This document shows, piece by piece, positions 10,744-18,828 of a stretch of DNA of 64,000 nucleotides. Origin of the DNA: a virus. Under the pieces are notes generated by a model. The model saw only the letters and a program-made list of their open reading frames with translations, did not search any database and was not told the DNA's origin. The translations under genes were made by a program, and so were the position numbers. The stretch is taken from positions 32,001 to 96,000 of IMG/VR virus record IMGVR_UViG_3300034102_001514, one strand, 5' to 3'. Numbering within the stretch: position 1 is the stretch's first letter; each line of letters opens with the position of its first letter.

Positions 10744-11108
10744 AGTGATGTCGTTCGGTTAATAATTATTAAATTATCCTTTTAAAATTTCTTTTTTGTT
10801 TATTACTTTGTTTTCAAACTTATCAAAGCGTGAATCAATATAACGATAAAGTTCATTCATATTACTTTCATTATTATGATTTAATTCATCGGTATATCTA
10901 ATCAACGAAGCTTCCTTTTCTTCAAGTTGTTTGTAGACATCTTGAAGTGTTTCGTTAGTATCCCTAATTTGAGATTCTAACTCTTTTACTGATTTTCTCA
11001 TCTGAAACACAACCACAGCCATCAATGTATAGACAACCGTAATCATACCCCAAACAAATGCAAGAATTGTTTCCATGTTTTTTCCTTTTTTAAGTGAACG
11101 ACATCACT
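10744..11108. repeat. 13-bp perfect inverted repeat enclosing an ORF between two tRNAs
   Basis: AGTGATGTCGTTC (10744-10756) / GAACGACATCACT (11096-11108). Confidence 0.85.
10774..11076 (-). CDS. Single-TM coiled-coil protein inside tRNA array
   Basis: N-terminal hydrophobic helix, heptad-rich remainder. Confidence 0.75.
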   Translation of the reverse strand: METILAFVWGMITVVYTLMAVVVFQMRKSVKELESQIRDTNETLQDVYKQLEEKEASLIRYTDELNHNNESNMNELYRYIDSRFDKFENKVINKKEILKG

Positions 11109-11110
11109 TG

Positions 11111-11184
11111 TTGCGGGAGAGGGACTCGAACCCCCGACCTCAAGGTTATGAGCCTTGCGAGCTACCAACTGCTACCATCCCGCG
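11111..11184 (-). tRNA. tRNA-fMet(CAT)
   Basis: C1:A72 mismatch, loop CTCATAA, T-loop TTCGAGT. Confidence 0.9.
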
Positions 11185-11194
11185 ATTATAAGTC

Positions 11195-11249
11195 GTAGAC
11201 CCGGGCCTAACAAGCCGTGTAACACGGAAAGGCCCTTTTGAAGGTCTAC
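11195..11249 (-). ncRNA. Structured inter-tRNA RNA (nested three-stem hairpin)
   Basis: GTAGACC/GGTCTAC, GGGCCT/AGGCCC, CCGTG/CACGG nested stems. Confidence 0.45.
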
Positions 11250-11252
11250 TTG

Positions 11253-11325
11253 AGCGAAAGAGGAGATTCGAACTCCCGACCCTCACCTTGGCAAGGTGAT
11301 GCTCTACCAACTGAGCTACTTTCGC
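11253..11325 (-). tRNA. tRNA-Gly(GCC)
   Basis: Canonical cloverleaf, loop TTGCCAA, U73. Confidence 0.95.
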
Positions 11326-11331
11326 TTATTG

Positions 11332-11403
11332 AGCGGAGAGGTGGTTCTGCCCCACCATCTCTCATCTGGTTGATGAGTGAGTTTCTTTAAACTCCTCCTC
11401 CGC
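11332..11403 (-). tRNA. Non-canonical tRNA-Gly-like RNA (ACC)
   Basis: GCGGAGG/TCTCCGC acceptor plus U73; loop CAACCAG; T-loop GGCAGAA; no D-loop GG. Confidence 0.65.
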
Positions 11404-11409
11404 ATTATT

Positions 11410-11482
11410 GGGTATGAATGTCCGGTAACACTCGAATTAAATTCACTGCAGTCGGTTTTATTACTGTCTTCAATTCATACCC
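11410..11482 (-). ncRNA. Structured inter-tRNA RNA closed by a 10-bp stem
   Basis: GGGTATGAAT/ATTCATACCC terminal stem with weaker internal pairings. Confidence 0.4.
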
Positions 11483-11485
11483 TTG

Positions 11486-11558
11486 AGCCTCCAGCCGGAC
11501 TTGAACCAGCGACCTACTGATTACAAATCAGTAGCTCTACCAACTGAGCTATGGAGGC
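11486..11558 (-). tRNA. tRNA-Thr(TGT)
   Basis: Canonical cloverleaf, loop TTTGTAA. Confidence 0.95.
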
Positions 11559-11619
11559 TTGTGGTGATTGATTAGGGTTCAAACACCAAAACCCAATCGG
11601 CTAGACTCAGCTCTTTATA

Positions 11620-11793
11620 TTATTCAGCGGATGCTTCCACTTCATAAGCAGCATCTTCCAATTCTTGAGAATTTGTAGAATCAAGAACGGCTGTTGTATC
11701 AACAGATGTTCCTTCAACTACTACCTCTTCGGTAGATTCGCTACAGGCAGCAACTGAAGCTGCGATAACGAACATTGCAATCATTTTTCTCAT
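11620..11793 (-). CDS. Small acidic lipoprotein (57 aa) inside tRNA array
   Basis: Read manually: MRKMIAMFVIAASVAA-C-SESTEEVVVEG...; lipobox VAAC. Confidence 0.8.
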   Translation of the reverse strand: MRKMIAMFVIAASVAACSESTEEVVVEGTSVDTTAVLDSTNSQELEDAAYEVEASAE

Positions 11794-11852
11794 AGTAAAA
11801 CTTTAGATTAAATTATTAAACATAAAAACGACAAAGAACATTTCCTTGTTTG

Positions 11853-11924
11853 AGCGGAAGGTTGGAACTGCCCCAACTCCTCTTATCTGGATGATAAGCG
11901 ACTTTCTTTTAAGTCTTCTTCCGC
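11853..11924 (-). tRNA. Non-canonical tRNA-Gly-like RNA (TCC)
   Basis: GCGGAAG/CTTCCGC acceptor plus U73; loop CATCCAG; T-loop GGCAGTT; no D-loop GG. Confidence 0.7.
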
Positions 11925-11934
11925 AATTGTTTGA

Positions 11935-11968
11935 CAAATATACGAAATAAATTTCATATTGCCAAATC
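11935..11968 (-). promoter_or_regulatory. Bacteroidota primary-sigma promoter driving the tRNA-Gly-like gene
   Basis: Minus strand TTTGG..CGTATATTTG (TTTG -33 / TAnnTTTG -7). Confidence 0.75.
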
Positions 11969-11977
11969 TTTTTTTAG

Positions 11978-12063
11978 CGGAGGCTGTAGGATTCGAACCT
12001 ACGGAACCTTTCAGTTCAACAGTTTTCAAGACTGCCGCAATAGACCAACTCTGCCAAACCTCC
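11978..12063 (-). tRNA. tRNA-Ser(TGA)
   Basis: Long variable arm, loop CTTGAAA, G73. Confidence 0.95.
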
Positions 12064-12104
12064 TTTATTGTGTGAATAAGTATATAACACAAATTTAATA
12101 CTTG

Positions 12105-12176
12105 TAGTCCGTGCGGGAATCGAACCCGCCTTTTATCCGTGAAAGGGATATGTCCTAACCGATAGACTAACGGACC
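12105..12176 (-). tRNA. tRNA-Glu(TTC)
   Basis: Loop CTTTCAC, T-loop TTCGATT. Confidence 0.93.
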
Positions 12177-12179
12177 ATG

Positions 12180-12251
12180 CGCTCTTGGATGGATTCGAAC
12201 CAACGACCAATTGATTAACAGTCAACTGCGCTACCACTGCGCCACAAGAGC
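12180..12251 (-). tRNA. tRNA-Asn(GTT)
   Basis: Loop CTGTTAA, G73. Confidence 0.93.
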
Positions 12252-12256
12252 TTTTG

Positions 12257-12333
12257 TTGGAGAGGGGGGACTTGAACCCCTATGTGACCAGTTACCCTTT
12301 CTACAAGGTATAAGCTTGAGGGGATACTCTCCA
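12257..12333 (-). tRNA. D-armless tRNA-like RNA, apparent anticodon TAT (Ile)
   Basis: TGGAGAG/CTCTCCA acceptor, CAAG-CTTATAC-CTTG arm, GGGG-TTCAAGT-CCCC T-arm, no D arm at the normal position. Confidence 0.55.
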
Positions 12334-12338
12334 TTAAG

Positions 12339-12412
12339 CGGTCTGTACGGGACTCGAACCCGTGACCTCCGGCGTGACAGGCCAGCGTTGTAACCAACTC
12401 TACTAACAGACC
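12339..12412 (-). tRNA. tRNA-Asp(GTC)
   Basis: Loop CTGTCAC, G73. Confidence 0.95.
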
Positions 12413-12417
12413 CTTTG

Positions 12418-12490
<73 letters not shown>

Positions 12491-12544
12491 AACTCGTTGT
12501 TAAAGGACAACGATAACCTTGGTGTTGATTGTGCACGCCTGGGG

Positions 12545-12626
12545 TGGGAGTGGATGGACTCGAACCACCGATGTCGTTAGACGATTGATTTACAGTCAAC
12601 TGCAATAGCCACTATGCGACACTCCC
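12545..12626 (-). tRNA. tRNA-Tyr(GTA)
   Basis: Loop CTGTAAA, extended variable arm. Confidence 0.93.
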
Positions 12627-12631
12627 ATTAG

Positions 12632-12705
12632 TACCCCGAGCAGGATTCAAACCTGCGGCCTACGCATTAGAAGTGCGTTGCTCTATTCAGCTGAGCTATC
12701 GGGGC
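12632..12705 (-). tRNA. tRNA-Arg(TCT)
   Basis: Loop CTTCTAA. Confidence 0.93.
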
Positions 12706-12752
12706 ATTTTTTAAAAACCAATAAATCAAAGAACTGTATGTGGGTTTCCGTG

Positions 12753-12838
12753 TACCGATGGCCGGGATCGAACCGGCACACTCATTACTGAGCGAGGGAT
12801 TTTAAGTCCCTTGTGTCTACCTATTTCACCACATCGGC
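12753..12838 (-). tRNA. tRNA-Leu(TAA)
   Basis: Loop CTTAAAA, long variable arm. Confidence 0.95.
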
Positions 12839-12849
12839 ATTTTGTGATA

Positions 12850-12882
12850 CAAATATATAAAATAAACTTGGTATTGCCAAAC
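12850..12882 (-). promoter_or_regulatory. Bacteroidota-type promoter of the tRNA operon
   Basis: Minus strand TTTGG..TATATTTG about 11 nt before tRNA-Leu. Confidence 0.75.
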
Positions 12883-12886
12883 TTAT

Positions 12887-13207
12887 TTAGATATAAGTTT
12901 CAATTTGTTTTTTAATTTTATCTATCAGTTCCATATCACCCAATTGTGGAATGACTGACTCTAATAACTCTTTCATATGTTTTTGAGATTTCTCTTTGGA
13001 CATTTGTTGATTATGTCTTTCTACCAAATACAAGTGATATGCAATCTCATCAGTTTGTTTTAGTTTATCATAATACTTTTGAATACGAGCGTCCAACTTT
13101 CGTGAACGATGTAGGTCAATTATTGTTGGAAACGCTTTGTGTAGTTCATCCAATCTACCTTTAAGGTATTGAATTTCTAATAGTTTATGGAGTTCTTGTT
13201 CAGTCAT
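12887..13207 (-). CDS. Hypothetical helical protein
   Basis: ORF in minus-strand run. Confidence 0.7.
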   Translation of the reverse strand: MTEQELHKLLEIQYLKGRLDELHKAFPTIIDLHRSRKLDARIQKYYDKLKQTDEIAYHLYLVERHNQQMSKEKSQKHMKELLESVIPQLGDMELIDKIKKQIETYI

Positions 13208-13209
13208 AA

Positions 13210-13947
13210 TTAATAGTCTATTCCTACAATAGGAGATGTTAGTGAATTACCTAAAGCTTCAAATCGTAATTGAGTTATGATATTGTGTTTGTAAGCCAGA
13301 GCGCTGATATTACGTTGATACATACTACGAATATCTTCTCGTGGGTGTGTTGTGTATGTAGCGGGCAAAAACTCATCAGACACAACTATGTTTTGTTTTA
13401 AGGTTGGTAGGTGAGTTTCTACTAATTTTTTAATTCCGGATTTAGATACTACATAAGAGTGCGTTTGGTATGAGTAGCCAGGAACTACAAAATTCTCAAA
13501 TCCAATTTCAACATCAGAATGACCACCTTGTAATTTTCGTGATAGGAATAGAATATCGTATTCATAATTTTCTAATTCATTACAAACATCCCACGGAAAT
13601 GGCTGTTCTGGATTGTAATCATCTTCAAGTATCAAAATGTTTTCATATCCATTTTTGTATGCATCTTCCCACACTTTGATATGGGAACACATACCACCGG
13701 CTTCACCAGATGTGACTCCACGATTCCAAAATTCATTTGAATCATCTAATTTCCAACCATCGTAAAATTTAATTCCATAATCCGAACGACCCTCTTCAGT
13801 AGAAAATAATTCACGACCATTGACACCATCAAAAATAATGTAAGTAGTTGGGTTTGGTACGCCCATAAAAACCAATCTTTCTAAAATAGACTTTCTATTT
13901 TCATCCGACTGGTCCAATGTAATAATGTATACTTTATCTATTTTCAT
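13210..13947 (-). CDS. Glycosyltransferase family 25
   Basis: KVYIITL, FDGVNG, GEAGGMCSHIKVW, ILILEDD, THSYVVS. Confidence 0.88.
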   Translation of the reverse strand: MKIDKVYIITLDQSDENRKSILERLVFMGVPNPTTYIIFDGVNGRELFSTEEGRSDYGIKFYDGWKLDDSNEFWNRGVTSGEAGGMCSHIKVWEDAYKNGYENILILEDDYNPEQPFPWDVCNELENYEYDILFLSRKLQGGHSDVEIGFENFVVPGYSYQTHSYVVSKSGIKKLVETHLPTLKQNIVVSDEFLPATYTTHPREDIRSMYQRNISALAYKHNIITQLRFEALGNSLTSPIVGIDY

Positions 13948-14336
13948 TTTGCCTTGGGTAATTTTTCAAGAAAGTCAACAAAAGTTAAATACATCATTTT
14001 GTATTTACTATCCTTTCGTTGATTACGAATGTTTACTTGCCGTATCATATCATCAAATAATAAATTTAAATAATAACGAAATTCTTTACGACTACCATCA
14101 TTATCTTTGCGAGATATATACGCCTCAAACCCTTTATAATCTTTTTCATACAACAAACTACGAAGGTCCTCTATCATTTCTACTAATTCATATGGGTTAC
14201 CTAATGATTGTTGTTCAAACGAATCGTTACCAACAACCATATAGTTATTGTCCTTTGTTTTATCATTTTGAGTTGCAACTACCCAATGTTTCATCAGACC
14301 CAATAATTCTATTTGATGTTCAGTATTTAAATCCAT
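13944..14336 (-). CDS. Hypothetical protein
   Basis: ORF, ATGA overlap. Confidence 0.65.
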   Translation of the reverse strand: MDLNTEHQIELLGLMKHWVVATQNDKTKDNNYMVVGNDSFEQQSLGNPYELVEMIEDLRSLLYEKDYKGFEAYISRKDNDGSRKEFRYYLNLLFDDMIRQVNIRNQRKDSKYKMMYLTFVDFLEKLPKAK

Positions 14337-14563
14337 CAGTCGAAACTTACACTATTGTCTCGCATAAATTGATTGAGTTGTTGTCTACACTTTTCATAAG
14401 TATCATACTTGTCCGCACTGTACTCATTATCCGACATATACTTGTATTGTGCTCTCAACCACTGGTCCATTTCCCATAATACGGAATGTATCTTTGCGCC
14501 AGTAATTGCCATTTGGAACTCGTGTGATTCTTCAGGCAAGTTAAATTCTAATGTTGCTTTCAT
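14336..14563 (-). CDS. Conserved small phage protein
   Basis: MKATLEFNLPEE start typical of small phage proteins. Confidence 0.75.
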   Translation of the reverse strand: MKATLEFNLPEESHEFQMAITGAKIHSVLWEMDQWLRAQYKYMSDNEYSADKYDTYEKCRQQLNQFMRDNSVSFD

Positions 14564-14775
14564 TTTTTATCTAATAAAGTTTTAAAAAAATTATACCAAA
14601 AAATAAATCCCAAGATAGGCCATATTAAAATAACCATAATTCGTTCCGAGTGTGGGTATTCAATCTTACCACCAAGTTTTGTAATTCTATTTGTGATAAA
14701 ATTAATCAAAAACATATGGATGAATCCAACAATCAAATATAGTGATATTAGGTTAATCATTTTACAAATATACAA
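14560..14775 (-). CDS. Small 2-TM membrane protein
   Basis: Two hydrophobic segments, IWP motif; true start likely the second Met. Confidence 0.6.
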   Translation of the reverse strand: MYICKMINLISLYLIVGFIHMFLINFITNRITKLGGKIEYPHSERIMVILIWPILGFIFWYNFFKTLLDKK

Positions 14776-14798
14776 AATAAATTTGAATTATACAAGAA

Positions 14799-15476
14799 TT
14801 ATAATTTCTTTACTACAAACAAATTTGAATTCAACATAATGGCGGGTCTTGCGTTTTGTATATTTGGCAATGAACCTACTATTTCAAACCCATCTTTCAT
14901 TTTGTTAGCCACTAAATAATCAACAGCATAACAAACTCCGGTTGATGACCAAATGTCTTCATAGTCATCAAATACAATATAACCGCCCGGATTTACAAAA
15001 TCAACAAAGTTTTCAAAATCATGCAATACATCAAAAAACCAATGTCCTGCATCAATATATAATAAATCAACTTTTGGTATTTCTGATTTTAGTTTTTGAA
15101 TAAATTCTTTGTTTTGACAATTACCCTCATAAAATTTAAAAGAGTTATGTGGTTTTATAAACCGATTCACAGTATCATAAACTACGTCTCCATAAAAAAC
15201 TTCACATATATCAACTCCATATACTTTGGTTGGATATGGGTGGGATGACAACAATGCAGATGAACCACCTGCATAAGTTCCTAATTCAAGATATACTTTT
15301 TCTTCATTACCCAACAAACTACGAATGTCGTAAAGTATGTGATTGTGATGATGTAAAATTTTATTTTGAATATCACCCAATGGATAGTTGTAAGACATAT
15401 CACCATCAATTTCTTGAGTGATGTTTTTTAATATATCAAGTGATTCTTTTGTGATATGTTCTCTTCCAAAAAGCAT
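14799..15476 (-). CDS. Class I SAM methyltransferase (Methyltransf_24-like)
   Basis: YLELGTYAGGS, DLLYIDAGH, PGGYIVFDDY. Confidence 0.88.
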   Translation of the reverse strand: MLFGREHITKESLDILKNITQEIDGDMSYNYPLGDIQNKILHHHNHILYDIRSLLGNEEKVYLELGTYAGGSSALLSSHPYPTKVYGVDICEVFYGDVVYDTVNRFIKPHNSFKFYEGNCQNKEFIQKLKSEIPKVDLLYIDAGHWFFDVLHDFENFVDFVNPGGYIVFDDYEDIWSSTGVCYAVDYLVANKMKDGFEIVGSLPNIQNARPAIMLNSNLFVVKKL

Positions 15477-15665
15477 TGCCTTGTGTTTTATAATAAAAAT
15501 GGGTTTTTCTTTTCTACTGAAAACAACTTTAAGAAATTCTTCAATGGTAGTTGTTTTCTTTCAGCAAATGATTGTGCTGCTTTGAGTCGTGATATAGATA
15601 CCACCTTTCCAAGTGGTTCTTTGTTTTGGTCGTTCTTGATATAATAAAAACAATACATAAATAAA

Positions 15666-16007
15666 TTATTTAACCCATTCTCTATACGCTAACTCGTATG
15701 CGGTTAACCTATCAATTTTATGGTTACTACTCATAATTTCTCTTGCAGTTTCCATAACTTCGTGTCTCAATCCATAAGAATGAGACTCCATTAAGATTTC
15801 TTCAATTTGAGATTCGCAAGTCATTTCATATTCCCTTTTATAAACGAGTTCCATTGGTTCTAACTGATTTCCACCAAAAGATAGTCCATCCGTTGTATAA
15901 TATACATATTCGTTAAGCTCTTCATAGAATTCAATTTCTTGAATAGTTTTTACACTTTTTGTTCCGATGGGAACTACATAATCTACTAATTGAAATAGAG
16001 GCTTCAT
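15666..16007 (-). CDS. Hypothetical protein
   Basis: ORF, ATGA overlap. Confidence 0.65.
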   Translation of the reverse strand: MKPLFQLVDYVVPIGTKSVKTIQEIEFYEELNEYVYYTTDGLSFGGNQLEPMELVYKREYEMTCESQIEEILMESHSYGLRHEVMETAREIMSSNHKIDRLTAYELAYREWVK

Positions 16008-16915
16008 TTAATTTTATATTGGAGTTGTGATTCATCAAAAAATTCATTTGTATCATTTGCAGATGGTGAGGTAAATAGATGTTGTTCATTACCTTTCACA
16101 GCCACAAAAGTACAGCGGTCCTCGTGTTCAAACCCATCATTTCCATAATTTTTATGTGCGGGTGTGAACGCTTCGTATACGGATGTAAATCCTGTTTTGT
16201 TTAGTATATTTACCAACGATGGTCGTGTAAACCAAAAACTATGTGGATTATCCCAAGACGCAAGAATTCGTGTTTCTTTGATGTCCTGCGATTCATCTTC
16301 ACCGTGTTCTTTATGTAGGTTACCAAAGTATGAACTTCCCTCATATGGAAATTCTAATTGAGGTTGTAAACTAATATGTGTATCTAAAACCAAAAGGTTT
16401 TCAGTCATCTGATACATTTTCTTTATCAACTCAATTGAGTCCGTTGCAGTTAAGTGATACAATAACCCACTACAAATAATAACATCAAATCTTCCGTGTT
16501 GTTCTAAAGAAATATTTCTCGCATCTTCTTCCAAGAAAGTTACACTACGAAGTTCCAAAGTTCGTTTACAAAATTCAGACTTCATTACATTCGCGTGTCG
16601 GACTTCAACTCCAACTACATTAGATTGGTGATATGCAAACTCCAAAGAGAATTGTCCATCTAAAGAACCCAAATCTAAAACACGAATTTTGTTCAGAGGT
16701 TTTTTGGATAAATCAGATACTACTTGTAAGATTCTCTTTAATCGTGTATGGGGGATGTTTAACGCCCCATTTGTCCAAATCCCTTCAGGTAGTGGAATGT
16801 CATAAATAAACTCCCCATATTGGGATTTGATAAAATCCAATTCTTTTTTCAAAACACTTTTTTCTTTATGTGTTATTGCTTTTGTTGAAGGGCCCGAAAT
16901 TCCATTTGTAATCAT
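16004..16915 (-). CDS. Class I SAM methyltransferase (CmoB/DUF1698-like)
   Basis: RVLDLGSLDG, FDVIICSGLLYHL. Confidence 0.88.
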   Translation of the reverse strand: MITNGISGPSTKAITHKEKSVLKKELDFIKSQYGEFIYDIPLPEGIWTNGALNIPHTRLKRILQVVSDLSKKPLNKIRVLDLGSLDGQFSLEFAYHQSNVVGVEVRHANVMKSEFCKRTLELRSVTFLEEDARNISLEQHGRFDVIICSGLLYHLTATDSIELIKKMYQMTENLLVLDTHISLQPQLEFPYEGSSYFGNLHKEHGEDESQDIKETRILASWDNPHSFWFTRPSLVNILNKTGFTSVYEAFTPAHKNYGNDGFEHEDRCTFVAVKGNEQHLFTSPSANDTNEFFDESQLQYKIK

Positions 16916-16964
16916 CGTGTGTCTTTTTTTAATTTTTGGTGTGTGTAAAGGAATTTGCCATTCC

Positions 16965-17000
16965 GCCCGTTTTGCCCGTTTTGCCCGTTTTGCCTGTCTG
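16965..17000. repeat. 9-bp tandem repeat GCCCGTTTT x3 plus one degenerate copy
   Basis: Directly visible. Confidence 0.9.
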
Positions 17001-17096
17001 CTTTATCGCTTGATGACTTAAAGGGGTTAGATAGATGTTGGTCTACCACAATGAATCATAATTTTGATTCGTTCTCTTTCCAAGAAAGTGAGAAAC

Positions 17097-17345
17097 TTAA
17101 ATAATTTCTTCATCTCTATCAACCCATTCGTGGATATCTTCTTTGGTTAACTCGTGTAGAAAGATTGGAGTTCTTTCTCCTACATAAGTATTCCACACAT
17201 TGTATTCTAACCATTCTAACGCATGAAATTCAGATAATCCATCTTCAATCAAAACATCAACCATTTTTGATTTAGAGTATACTACTCTTTGGTATTCCGT
17301 ATCCATTCCAAGGATTGCGGAGTCGTATCCATCTACAAACATCAT
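17097..17345 (-). CDS. Conserved small phage protein
   Basis: DGYDSAILG..VVYS..EYNV..YVGERTPIF pattern common in phages. Confidence 0.75.
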   Translation of the reverse strand: MMFVDGYDSAILGMDTEYQRVVYSKSKMVDVLIEDGLSEFHALEWLEYNVWNTYVGERTPIFLHELTKEDIHEWVDRDEEII

Positions 17346-17608
17346 TTGATTTCGTATTTTTTTAGTAGATGTATCAATTTTACCAAATCATCCAAGTCGT
17401 AGATTTTTTCTAATCCACTTTCCATAATATGGACTGACCATTGATTGTCTATAATTTCATCATCACCATCGGTAATTAAGGTAAGGTAGTTTACATCTAA
17501 TGAATAGTAGTAGAATTCTACTTCACTACCACTTTCTTCAATAGGGACTACCTCTTTCTGAAAACCTAATGAGCGGAGGTGGGATTCGGAGATTTTGTTC
17601 ATAATCAA
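17342..17608 (-). CDS. Hypothetical protein
   Basis: ORF, ATGA overlap. Confidence 0.7.
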   Translation of the reverse strand: MIMNKISESHLRSLGFQKEVVPIEESGSEVEFYYYSLDVNYLTLITDGDDEIIDNQWSVHIMESGLEKIYDLDDLVKLIHLLKKYEIK

Positions 17609-17638
17609 TTTTTTAAATTGTCAGCAGGTGCTAACCAT

Positions 17639-17824
17639 TTACATATCAATAACCTTGTAAAGACATCCGTGGGTGGAGTTTTGTTGAAATAATTGTGCAA
17701 TTCGTTCTGCATCTTCTTTATTATCCCATTCCACAGCAATACCTTCGGAATCATTTACATAATTCCCTACTATTGTACCACTTTGGGTTTCTTGGTATTT
17801 TAAAATTTTAAATTTTTGCTTCAT
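17639..17824 (-). CDS. Hypothetical protein
   Basis: ORF in minus-strand run. Confidence 0.6.
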   Translation of the reverse strand: MKQKFKILKYQETQSGTIVGNYVNDSEGIAVEWDNKEDAERIAQLFQQNSTHGCLYKVIDM

Positions 17825-18018
17825 ATAAAAATATTTAAAGATAATCCTCTATTAAACCAAATAAATTCAATGGTGTACCATCCATACAATTTTAAATCGT
17901 GGGTGATACGAATTGTAGGAATGGGATAGATTTGACCCCATTGATTAAATCGCTCAAATTTTATATGTTTAATTTTCATAGCCCTAATATACAAAATTTA
18001 TTTCAATAAAACAAGCCT

Positions 18019-18762
18019 TTAAATCTGCTTTGCAACAAATTTTTTATCTTCATAAATTACATACCCACCACTCGGCAATGCATCAATCAGTAAGTATCTA
18101 CCACCCATTGACTTTTCACTTGCGGTTAGGGAGTCAAAGATATTCTTTACTTGAGTGTGTCCTACTACTTGAATAAATTTCTTCTTTAACCCATTGTCTC
18201 CTTTGTTGGAAGACATCAACGCAGCAGGTCTAATCCACATCGGTCCTTGTGATGGATGATTTCCGTATGGGTCGTACCCCATATGAGAAAAGTTAAAAGC
18301 GTGTAATCTATTCTTGTATAATTCGTTTGTTAGTTCAACGAAATTACTTTTATTCCAACCATCCCAACCAAAGGTATCATCCAACCAAGTAGGACTGAAC
18401 CCAGCGTGACTACAAAGTATATCATCAAATTGATATCCAACTTGTAGGTGGTGCATATTCTTGATAAGTAAATCTTGGATGTCCCATTTTAGAGCGGGTT
18501 GGAATCCTGAATATGTTTCATTAGACAAATAGTGGTGGTCGTGATTACCAATCAACATTACCACCGGTATGCGAGCTGCTTCTTTGAACTCAATAATGTC
18601 CTTAAAGTTTTTGATTTGCTCTACACCTGTAATATCAAATGAGTCAAAGTAATCACCAATAAAAACAACCCTATCAGGGGTTTCTTTTTTGATAATTTCT
18701 TTCCAAAGATTTCTTCCGTGGGTGTCTCCCAACAATAAAGTTTTCATATTAATTTTTTTCAT
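18019..18762 (-). CDS. Calcineurin-like metallophosphoesterase
   Basis: GDTHG, GDYFD, GNHD, SHAG, GHT. Confidence 0.92.
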   Translation of the reverse strand: MKKINMKTLLLGDTHGRNLWKEIIKKETPDRVVFIGDYFDSFDITGVEQIKNFKDIIEFKEAARIPVVMLIGNHDHHYLSNETYSGFQPALKWDIQDLLIKNMHHLQVGYQFDDILCSHAGFSPTWLDDTFGWDGWNKSNFVELTNELYKNRLHAFNFSHMGYDPYGNHPSQGPMWIRPAALMSSNKGDNGLKKKFIQVVGHTQVKNIFDSLTASEKSMGGRYLLIDALPSGGYVIYEDKKFVAKQI

Positions 18763-18828
18763 TTCGTTGTAGTTGTTTTAGGATAGCCCATAATAACACT
18801 ACAACTATAATACCAAGTGCCATTTTAA

